Shown one piece after another: positions 8,015 through 15,379 of a DNA stretch of 24,000 nucleotides. The DNA is taken from assembly GCA_045651185.1 (NCBI GenBank), contig JAZRRZ010000021.1, positions 57,464 to 81,463 of the forward strand. The letters are read 5' to 3'. Source of the stretch: Christensenellaceae bacterium (GTDB taxonomy: Bacteria; Bacillota; Clostridia; Christensenellales; Borkfalkiaceae). Position 1 is the first letter of the stretch. Every line of letters begins with the position of its first letter. The notes beneath the pieces were generated by a model that worked only from the letters and a program-made list of their open reading frames with translations, was not told the origin of the DNA and did not search any database. The position numbers and the translations under genes were made by a program.

Positions 8015-8058
8015 TAGAAAAACGCCTCCGAGATTTTTTCTCGAAAGCGTTCGTTTTT
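8015..8058. terminator. Bidirectional terminator hairpin
   Basis: AACGC...CGAGA-UUUUU-UCUCG...GCGUU (8021-8051) with a 3x3 internal loop. T5 follows on the plus strand (8054-8058) and UUUCUAUU follows on the minus strand. Confidence 0.55.
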
Positions 8059-8079
8059 GAATTGATTAAAATTTTTCAC
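8015..8079 (-). ncRNA. Candidate ~65-nt small RNA (promoter-to-terminator unit)
   Basis: Predicted start ~7 nt after the -10 at 8086-8091. Sequence GUGAAAAAUUUUAAUCAAUUCAAAAACGAACGCUUUCGAGAAAAAAUCUCGGAGGCGUUUUUCUA ends in the 8021-8051 hairpin plus U-run. No ORF. Confidence 0.3.
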
Positions 8080-8085
8080 AATACT

Positions 8086-8115
8086 ATTATAACATAGGTC
8101 ATACTCTCATTGCAA
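8086..8115 (-). promoter_or_regulatory. Extended -10 sigma-A promoter
   Basis: Minus strand TTGCAA (8115-8110), an 18-nt spacer, then TGTTATAAT (8094-8086). One TGAGAGTA repeat unit lies in the spacer. Confidence 0.6.
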
Positions 8116-8186
8116 TAACATTTTACTTTCATTTTTCTCCCAAATTACTATCAATTTACTTTCTTTTTACTCTCACAATACTCTCA
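8102..8186. repeat. Phased short direct repeats (iteron/operator-like array)
   Basis: Plus-strand heptamer TACT(C/T/A)TC starts at 8102, 8124, 8146, 8157, 8168 and 8179, with a weak copy at 8135. All spacings are multiples of 11 bp. Minus-strand reading is GA(G/A/T)AGTA, three copies extended to TGAGAGTA. Confidence 0.65.
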
Positions 8187-8363
8187 CGCCAAAATCCCTA
8201 GTGTTCATCAATCATTTTTTGACCTGAAAAATATAAAAAATTTCACAAATCCACATAAAACCATGCTAAAATTTAGTAAAAAACAGAAAAATTATAAGTT
8301 TAAACAAAAAACAACGGCCAAACGTCCATGTTTTGGAACATATGACCGCTTTTGTAAAAGTTC

Positions 8364-9506
8364 TTACAAATAAGAATATAAATCATTCTTTAACTCACTA
8401 AGTGACGAATATCTTGCGTCTAAATTAGATGACATGCATCTTTCAATTACAGGATAAATATTGTCAGTTATTTTTGGAGCTTGTCTTCCATATAGGATAA
8501 AAGTTATAATATACGCAATTGCATAAAGTTCATTTTTAAACCCATAATCTTTGAATGACTCCAAAAAAGGATCTCTAAATGTCCCTTTATTTGTACTATC
8601 CGAAGACGTCATTTCTTTTGATGTGTCTTTTACTAGTCCAAAGTCGGAAATTTTAATAAAAGGATTACCATAAAAATCTAGTTTGATTAAAATATTTTTA
8701 TAACTTAAATCTCTATGGAACAATCCTATTTTATGAATATATTCTATTCCGCTAAAAAACTGAGCTAGAAGAGACTTCCTTGTTTCTAATGTCAGTTTAG
8801 TGTTATTAGCAGATATGTATTCAAATAATGTATGGTCGCAATATTCCATATTATATGAAAGTTCCTTGTCAAAAAAGCTATAAACTCTTAACAAGTGAGG
8901 GTGTTGACATTTTTTCATTATGTCGTATTCTTGTTTAAATCTTTCAACTTCTTTATCTATAGCCCCTTTTTTTAATTTTTTATATGCAAATTTCTCATTA
9001 TAGTCTTCATCTTTGTATTTATATACATTTGCATAACTTCCACCACCTACAGGGCTAAGTTCGAATGATTTTTTGTTTTTCTTGCGAATTTTACCATCTT
9101 CTAATAAGAAGAATATAGGGTCGTATTCTTTGATAATAAATTTGGGCAAATTCGATGGCAAATCAGAGCCAAAAGAACTTTTTAAATAAGGTTCGGCAGC
9201 TTTTAAGACTTCTTCATAATTTTTATCGATATAAAAGTCATATTCTGTTCCATTAACCATTTCCTTAAAGCTTTTTAAACTTTGAATCACACGTAAATAG
9301 TCACGGCTATCCCCCGCATTAAATCTAGAACCGATTCGGTTATTGAAATCTTTAGCATAAAAATTAATAACACTATGTATATAGGCAAAAAACAAGCCTA
9401 CATCTTTATTTTTTCTAGATACTTCTTCATATATAATAATGTATTTTTCTTCATATTCTTCCGCAAAATCATTTACAAATAAATATACTTTCTTATTTAA
9501 ATCCAT
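8364..9506 (-). CDS. Ser/Thr protein kinase (Hanks-type) with unknown ~155-aa N-terminal domain
   Basis: Gly-loop GGGSYANVY, VAIK-like FAYKKL, catalytic loop FHRDLSYKNILI, DFG SDFGLVK. SD GAGG 5 nt before the ATG. Only 15 nt after the RES gene stop. Confidence 0.85.
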   Translation of the reverse strand: MDLNKKVYLFVNDFAEEYEEKYIIIYEEVSRKNKDVGLFFAYIHSVINFYAKDFNNRIGSRFNAGDSRDYLRVIQSLKSFKEMVNGTEYDFYIDKNYEEVLKAAEPYLKSSFGSDLPSNLPKFIIKEYDPIFFLLEDGKIRKKNKKSFELSPVGGGSYANVYKYKDEDYNEKFAYKKLKKGAIDKEVERFKQEYDIMKKCQHPHLLRVYSFFDKELSYNMEYCDHTLFEYISANNTKLTLETRKSLLAQFFSGIEYIHKIGLFHRDLSYKNILIKLDFYGNPFIKISDFGLVKDTSKEMTSSDSTNKGTFRDPFLESFKDYGFKNELYAIAYIITFILYGRQAPKITDNIYPVIERCMSSNLDARYSSLSELKNDLYSYL

Positions 9507-9521
9507 TTATACCTCTTAAAA

Positions 9522-10268
9522 TTATAATAAATCTAAACGTGTAATAGGGTTTGATGCAATTGATATTCTTTCTACCTTATGTAATCGAGAATTAATAGCA
9601 ACACAATCATTAGGATGAAAAAACACTAAATTATCCCCCTCAGGATGCAGTGAACTTTTAAAAACAATCCCATCAAACCCCATATTAATAAATTGTCCAG
9701 CGAGATATTGTGTGAACCAATAATTATGCCCTATATAATGTGGTTTTGAAAATTCGTTAGCAATTCGAGTTAATAGAGGATATAAAACATCATCATTATC
9801 ATAGTTCTTGGGACGTTTTCTTCTCAAATCAGCAAAACGTAAATCCTTATTAGAAACAAATTCCGCGATAGATATTGTTTCATTTTTTATAGGTCTTAAT
9901 TCATAAATTACAGTATTTGCATCACTAGAGGTATATAAAAATGATACACCTTTACAGTTAAGTCGACCTTCTACTGCTAATTCGTTAGGTGGAGCTCCTG
10001 ATTTATCTTTGTCATATCCCTGAAAAATAGTTGCTCTTGATTCGAGAAAATCATTTAATTCCTCTTCTGTTGATGCTACATCATTTAAATTAAAAATCCT
10101 CCCTCTAAAAAAAGATTTTCCCTTGGTAATCCAACAAGAAAACATTTCTTGATTATTCTCCAAAATTTTTAACAATGGATGACGCGTATCGAATCTATTA
10201 AAATTACTAACAAGTTTTTTCCATTCATAGAAGTCATGTCGAACCTCTTGTCTTAATTGCCTATTCAT
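9522..10268 (-). CDS. RES domain-containing protein (NAD+-targeting toxin family)
   Basis: RES-domain landmarks in order: FFRGRIF (Arg), EGRLNCKGVSFLYTSSDANTVIYELRP (GRxN...YxS...E), DGIVFKSSLHPEGDNLVFFHP (Ser, then hGxNhhhF). SD AAGGAG upstream. Confidence 0.8.
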   Translation of the reverse strand: MNRQLRQEVRHDFYEWKKLVSNFNRFDTRHPLLKILENNQEMFSCWITKGKSFFRGRIFNLNDVASTEEELNDFLESRATIFQGYDKDKSGAPPNELAVEGRLNCKGVSFLYTSSDANTVIYELRPIKNETISIAEFVSNKDLRFADLRRKRPKNYDNDDVLYPLLTRIANEFSKPHYIGHNYWFTQYLAGQFINMGFDGIVFKSSLHPEGDNLVFFHPNDCVAINSRLHKVERISIASNPITRLDLL

Positions 10269-10309
10269 ATTTCTCCTTTGTTATTTTACTACTTCATCGA
10301 CAAAATCGA

Positions 10310-11008
10310 TTATTCCTCTACTTGTGAATACGCTACACCTTCGTCGATTTTGTACATAAGCATACTTGCAAACATTAGTCGCCTAAACGCTTCATCTTTA
10401 TCCAAGCCTATATTTTCGTGTGACTTAGGATTTCTTAATGCTGACATTGAGCCTGCAAACATTTGCATATAACCCATTTGTGTATTTTGGCCCGTATCAT
10501 TTGTTCTATCGCAGAATTCAATAATCGGCTCATTTGCAGAAAACAAACAAGTCATAACAGAAACGCCGTCAGGAATTTTTTCGCCTGGTCTAACCTTCTT
10601 AAAAATCTTCTTTACTCGGCTATTGATTTCAATAAAAGCATCACACGCAGCATTTGCATAATGTCCATTTATATAGAGTTCTTTAGACGATTTTATTACC
10701 ATCGGATGAATAAGCGCCCAAATATTTTCTTGTGGATTATCGCATTTATTATTAAGATAATTGACAATAGCTAAAAGTTCCCCTAAGACTATAATATTTA
10801 GCTTCGCACCTATAAAAAGAATATCTTTTAAGCGGAACAAATCTTTACTAAAATATGGTTCAACTCTTGCAATGCTTTCAGATAATTTTATAATTCCATT
10901 TTTAATTTCATTAATACCTTGCAAATGAAACACTCGTTGCCCCAAATCGGGTTTGATAGACATTGAGTTTGCCCACTCGTGTAAATCTTTAACTAGTTGT
11001 ATATCCAT
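10310..11008 (-). CDS. TIGR02391 / Hypoth_Ymh family protein with ~95-aa N-terminal extension
   Basis: C-terminal LIHPMVIKSSKELYINGHYANAACDAFIEINSRVKK...MGYMQMFAGSMSALRNPKSHENIGLDKDEAFRRLMFASMLMYKIDE matches the family hallmarks as I recall them (HPxI, GHYxxAxxxA, RNPxxH, helical tail). Confidence 0.75.
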   Translation of the reverse strand: MDIQLVKDLHEWANSMSIKPDLGQRVFHLQGINEIKNGIIKLSESIARVEPYFSKDLFRLKDILFIGAKLNIIVLGELLAIVNYLNNKCDNPQENIWALIHPMVIKSSKELYINGHYANAACDAFIEINSRVKKIFKKVRPGEKIPDGVSVMTCLFSANEPIIEFCDRTNDTGQNTQMGYMQMFAGSMSALRNPKSHENIGLDKDEAFRRLMFASMLMYKIDEGVAYSQVEE

Positions 11009-11052
11009 ACTTTACTCCATAATCTTAATAATTGATACAAGAAAGCGAACTA

Positions 11053-12378
11053 CTAAACAGTTCTAAGTGCATTAAAATATAGTTTATATTTGCCATAAAA
11101 ATCTGTTAACTTCTGATAAAACTCAACGTCATCACTTACTAAAGCCGTATGATTAAATTTGTATCCAAATACTAAGGAAACAACACAAGCTACAATCCCA
11201 TCGCCTTCCAATGAAATGTTTTGATTTATATGTTTCTTAAAATATTCTTTTAGTTTTTCTCCAATATCTGTTTTTGGCAGGTTTCCATTTTCAGGCGAAA
11301 TATTAAAAGTATTACCTTCTTTTTCTGCTATAATCCAAAATGTTTGTATAATAATTTCAGCAAGTATACATTCATAGGGCAATTCAACAGTATCTATACC
11401 AACTAAATCGTGACAAAGAATAGCCCTATCAACAATATTTTCAAACTCTCTTGGAAGTAACGAAGCAATTATCTCATTAACTAATAGCTTCGCCTGCGTT
11501 TCCTTAGTGTTTTTACTAAATTTACTTGCAAAAACTGTTAATTTCTTATAGGCTTCTTCTTCATCTAAATTACCTTCATCCAAAATAATCTTGAAATCAA
11601 TGAACTTCCTTAAATATTGAGATGATGCTTTTTCCCCATAAAGTTTATCTATACTTCTACTTAATTGTTCTTTATGTATAGCGAGAATTGTTACAGAATT
11701 AGGTACGTTATCAAAAATATGATGCAACCTTTCTAATGTCTTAATTGCAAAATTAGGAATACAACGGTCTAATTCGTCAACAATAAAAATTATTGGTGTG
11801 ACCTTAGACAATTCACCTAATATTGAAATTACATTTTTTATATCGTTTTCAATATCATTATTCGGATTTTTCGTTTTAAGGCTTATTTTACTTTTTTCTC
11901 TTAATCTTTTTATCTCTTTAGCAGTATTCTTTGTAAAATCGACAAGATCAAAATGAAGCAATTTTTTGGTAACCGCCGATAAAACTATTTCCAATTGAAC
12001 CAACACCTTTTTACCCAAATCTGAAGCTATAGTTTTTAATACATTGTTAACGCATAGTTGATTATTTAGTTCATTTACAATTGTAGATAAAATAGCTAAA
12101 AGAGGTTCTTCATAATAATCTTTTTCCCATGCATTATAATGAATAATAAAATATTCACTTGAAAAATTTTTGCATTCTTCGTTTGTATAATCTTTAGATA
12201 TATCAAGATTTTTAAGTTTTGCTTCTATTTTATTTATTAACCACGTTTTCCCTTGTCCCCATTTCCCTTCAATAGCAAATGTTGTAGGTTTAGACTTTTT
12301 TGCACAATCCTTTACGATTGAAACCACATTATTTACATAATCTTCTCTACCTAATATATCACCATATATAAAACCCAT
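11053..12378 (-). CDS. KAP family P-loop NTPase (no transmembrane insert seen)
   Basis: Walker A EGKWGQGKTWL (the GxWGxGKT/S form typical of KAP), Walker B IIFIVDELDRC (hhhhDxLDRC); 441 aa. Confidence 0.8.
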   Translation of the reverse strand: MGFIYGDILGREDYVNNVVSIVKDCAKKSKPTTFAIEGKWGQGKTWLINKIEAKLKNLDISKDYTNEECKNFSSEYFIIHYNAWEKDYYEEPLLAILSTIVNELNNQLCVNNVLKTIASDLGKKVLVQLEIVLSAVTKKLLHFDLVDFTKNTAKEIKRLREKSKISLKTKNPNNDIENDIKNVISILGELSKVTPIIFIVDELDRCIPNFAIKTLERLHHIFDNVPNSVTILAIHKEQLSRSIDKLYGEKASSQYLRKFIDFKIILDEGNLDEEEAYKKLTVFASKFSKNTKETQAKLLVNEIIASLLPREFENIVDRAILCHDLVGIDTVELPYECILAEIIIQTFWIIAEKEGNTFNISPENGNLPKTDIGEKLKEYFKKHINQNISLEGDGIVACVVSLVFGYKFNHTALVSDDVEFYQKLTDFYGKYKLYFNALRTV

Positions 12379-12422
12379 ATTTTACTCCACATGTTTATAT
12401 AAAATTCATGAAATTTTAAACC

Positions 12423-13130
12423 TCATTTTTTTGTGCAATTTAGTAAGACAATATCTTCTCCTTTTTTAATCCCTGTCTTTCCTGTGTAAAAATCCACTTC
12501 AAGCAACATTAAATCTTTTTCAACTTGATAGCCTTCTTTCATTTCAAAGAAAATGGTTATATTTGTGGTTTCACCATTTGTAAGAACTGTACCTACCCAA
12601 GAAAAATCCTTAACAGCATTTTTGTTGTCAAAATCAGCAAAACTTTTAACAAAACCATTTTCGTCAGTATCGATATGCACGTCAACAGCATTGATATCAA
12701 ACAAGCTCATAATATCATTTAATGGTAAATATACTCCGCTATGATTTCTTAACTTAAAATCGTTTGTATCTAATTTATGGTCTTTTTCATTACTATCAAT
12801 CCTTTTGGTTATATCAAGATTTACTTCAATATAGTTGCCTGACAATGTGGTTTTTTCTATTGAGTCCTTCTCTTTTTGATAAGAAATTGAATCAACTGTT
12901 TTAGCGTAATAAACTTTTATGTCAAAATTATCGTGAACTTCGACAACCTCATTCATAAAATATTTTGCTTCAACTGTTTCTATGGAATTATTAGATTTAC
13001 AACTTCTAACACCAAATATTACTCCCACAAGTGTGCTTATGGCTGCTATAGCAATAATCACATAAATGCCCCATTGTATTGGTTTTTTGAAATTTTCGTA
13101 TTTCTCTAAAAAATTAAAAAATTTTGACAT
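12423..13130 (-). CDS. Single-pass membrane protein with extracytoplasmic beta-rich domain (DUF4352-like)
   Basis: N-terminal TM WGIYVIIAIAAISTLVGVIFGV followed by ~190 aa with a ...YIEVNLDITKR...NDFKLRNHSGVYLPL...ITIFFEM... pattern reminiscent of DUF4352 Ig-like domains. Assignment is tentative. Confidence 0.55.
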   Translation of the reverse strand: MSKFFNFLEKYENFKKPIQWGIYVIIAIAAISTLVGVIFGVRSCKSNNSIETVEAKYFMNEVVEVHDNFDIKVYYAKTVDSISYQKEKDSIEKTTLSGNYIEVNLDITKRIDSNEKDHKLDTNDFKLRNHSGVYLPLNDIMSLFDINAVDVHIDTDENGFVKSFADFDNKNAVKDFSWVGTVLTNGETTNITIFFEMKEGYQVEKDLMLLEVDFYTGKTGIKKGEDIVLLNCTKK

Positions 13131-13168
13131 TTTTACTCCATAGGTTTAATAATTTTGTATTTTTCCCC

Positions 13169-15379
13169 TTAAAACACAGATTCAATCGGTCGCCAAGCAT
13201 CGTCAGCCATATCTATGGAAAACTCTGTGTTATTGATATACAAACAATTGTCATTATCTCGCACGAAACCCCATTGAACACCTCGCTGTTCGGCGTAGTC
13301 CTTGAATGCATTAAATTTATTTTCAATCTGGTCGTCTATATTCTTATTCTTGCCTTTGCTTTCTCCACCTTTTGTTTCAATAATCCAAATAGTACCGTCT
13401 TTCTTTTTTACGATATAATCGGCATAGAACAACCATTGATGACGGAGTCCGTCAATATAAACGATAGAAAAATACTGCTGACCAGAATCACCATTTTTAT
13501 AAACCCATTCAATATCATCACGTTTTTCGCAATGCTGTTCAAAAAGCATTTCTGAAGTGCTCCGTACAACACTTGTAGCAAAACCCGAAGTATAATCGTG
13601 ATAAGCGTTTGAAAGATAATCAACCTCATTTTTTACGTTCGGATCGTATTTGAAAAAGTCTTGTTCGGGAATATGAAACATGCTAGTCTTGGGCTTTAAA
13701 ACAAAGCTCATTTGCTCTGCCATACCCGTGGTAACAGCGCGGAAATCTTGCTTCAACTTATGCTCGTTGTTGATAACGAAAGCGTAAAACTCTCTCGTTT
13801 CAAGAGCAACAAGATTTTTGGACATATTACCGCCCTTACGGAAAAGGCGTTCCAAAATCGTCTTGACCTTTGCCGTCTGCATACTAATGGCAGTTTTAAT
13901 TGCATCAACACTATGAAGCAAGTAGATACCGTGTTTATGTGTATCTACCGCCTTTTTTGTAGACAGATAGTTATCACTCGTTGCAATGGATGCGGTGCGA
14001 ACAAACATTCCCTCAAGAACTTGTCCACGAATATTCGTACCAAATACGTAGCCTGCATCGGCAAGCAACATTTGATTTTGCTTTTTATCGCTACCAAGCT
14101 TATATTTTGCAACAAGACTATCGTAGAGCTTATTCAAAACCTCGCGCTCGCCAAGACCTCCAAAATCAAGATCACGCATTTGTTTTTCAAGAGTAAAGGT
14201 CTTGCACTTATCCTTCAAGAAAAGACGGCGAGTTTCGTAGGCTTTATCAACGCTGGCAAGCAAACCGGCTTTGTACTTTTCATCGAAAGTATATACATAG
14301 CAAAAATCAAGCAAGTCATCGTCATAATGCTTTGCTTCTGGCATTCTACGAATACGACCAATGGTCTGTATTTCAAAGCTCTCACTCATACCTTCACGGA
14401 GCTTGACAAGAATTTTTGCCCTGGGGCAATCCCAACCCGTACTAATTGCTTGCTTCATCAAAAGGAAAACTGGGGTGGCATCGTTGTCGGTAAGATTTTC
14501 GGGCAAATCCTTTTTATCCTCACTCATCCACTTGGACACCATACCGTTGTCGTATGTATAGCCCATAGACTCCAACTTTTTCTCAACAGCAATTATTGTT
14601 TCGGGCTGTGCGTTCGGAAATTGAATTAAAACAAGGGGACGGATATTTTTACCAATGGCGGTATAATGGCTTGCAATATTCTTGCGTTTTTCATCAGCAA
14701 GATCAAGCAGACAATCGTAATCGTCGCCAACCTCCATACCTTCGGTAATGCCTTCGTTTACATAAAGAGCTTTTGTAATTAGTCCTGCGTTTATGACATC
14801 TACCTCGTCGATTTCAAAATACTCAAAGCGTTTATTCTCAATAGCGGTAGCACTTACACGAATAATGTTCTTTGCGGAAAAGGCATCAATAATGGTTTTC
14901 GCCTTTGCGGTGTTGTTAGAATGCTCCTCGTCTATGATAACAATAAATTCGGTATTATTACGATGAGCTTCGGCAATGCGATCAAACAAATTCTTTTTCT
15001 CGCCGTCACGCAACGAAGTATTATCCTTTTTTGTTACCAATTCCCAGTTAATGAACGTGGTGCTTTCCGCAGGAAAACCGCCTTGCAAAGCATCAAAAAG
15101 ACTTTGCGTATGACGGTGCGGTGCAAATTTACGCATCTTTTTACGGCTTTGCTCCTCAAGGTCGCCCTTGCCCGGGCAGAGCCAAATGAAAGCAGCATTG
15201 CTGTTAATTTTAGTTAGATATTCCTCGACAAAATCAATAAGAATAATCGTTTTACCCGATCCTGTAGGGGATTTTACGGTAATCGTTTGCTTGCTATTGC
15301 TGTCGGCAACAAGGTCTATCAGCTTGAGTACAGCTTTTTCTTGAAAATCAAATAAATTGATTGCAATTCCTCCTACCAT
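13169..15379 (-). CDS. res: Type III restriction enzyme Res subunit (SF2 helicase + PD-(D/E)xK nuclease)
   Basis: Helicase motifs SPTGSGKT (I), IIDEEH (II), VSATA (III), QTIGRIRR (VI). C-terminal ADYIV...IWIIETKGGE nuclease motif. ATG overlaps the mod stop (ATGGTAG) with AAGGAGGTG upstream. Confidence 0.85.
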   Translation of the reverse strand: MVGGIAINLFDFQEKAVLKLIDLVADSNSKQTITVKSPTGSGKTIILIDFVEEYLTKINSNAAFIWLCPGKGDLEEQSRKKMRKFAPHRHTQSLFDALQGGFPAESTTFINWELVTKKDNTSLRDGEKKNLFDRIAEAHRNNTEFIVIIDEEHSNNTAKAKTIIDAFSAKNIIRVSATAIENKRFEYFEIDEVDVINAGLITKALYVNEGITEGMEVGDDYDCLLDLADEKRKNIASHYTAIGKNIRPLVLIQFPNAQPETIIAVEKKLESMGYTYDNGMVSKWMSEDKKDLPENLTDNDATPVFLLMKQAISTGWDCPRAKILVKLREGMSESFEIQTIGRIRRMPEAKHYDDDLLDFCYVYTFDEKYKAGLLASVDKAYETRRLFLKDKCKTFTLEKQMRDLDFGGLGEREVLNKLYDSLVAKYKLGSDKKQNQMLLADAGYVFGTNIRGQVLEGMFVRTASIATSDNYLSTKKAVDTHKHGIYLLHSVDAIKTAISMQTAKVKTILERLFRKGGNMSKNLVALETREFYAFVINNEHKLKQDFRAVTTGMAEQMSFVLKPKTSMFHIPEQDFFKYDPNVKNEVDYLSNAYHDYTSGFATSVVRSTSEMLFEQHCEKRDDIEWVYKNGDSGQQYFSIVYIDGLRHQWLFYADYIVKKKDGTIWIIETKGGESKGKNKNIDDQIENKFNAFKDYAEQRGVQWGFVRDNDNCLYINNTEFSIDMADDAWRPIESVF

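Noticed and set aside
8102-8186. CRISPR array or tandem-repeat antitoxin RNA (type III TA) interpretation of the short repeats
   Set aside because: The units are 7-8 nt at 11-bp spacing, far too short for CRISPR repeats or ToxI-like repeats. No cas or toxN-like gene is present in the window.
8208-8264. 18-aa hydrophobic peptide ORF (MVLCGFVKFFIFFRSKND) on the minus strand, resembling a type I toxin
   Set aside because: No SD precedes the ATG, and I see no obvious promoter or antisense RNA partner. AT-rich sequence readily yields F/I/K-rich short ORFs.
8300-8369. Possible terminator for the kinase gene (UUGUAA/UUACAA hairpin over the stop codon; CCAAA/UUUGG hairpin 8318-8336 followed by a U-rich run)
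   Set aside because: The stems are only 5-6 AU-rich base pairs with large loops. That is too weak to call, and transcription may continue to the 8021-8051 hairpin.
13712-14629. 305-aa plus-strand ORF, the longest plus-strand ORF in the window
   Set aside because: It lies entirely antisense to the well-supported res gene. It is Cys/Leu/Ile-rich with no motif and no SD. A shadow ORF is expected in the more GC-rich res segment.
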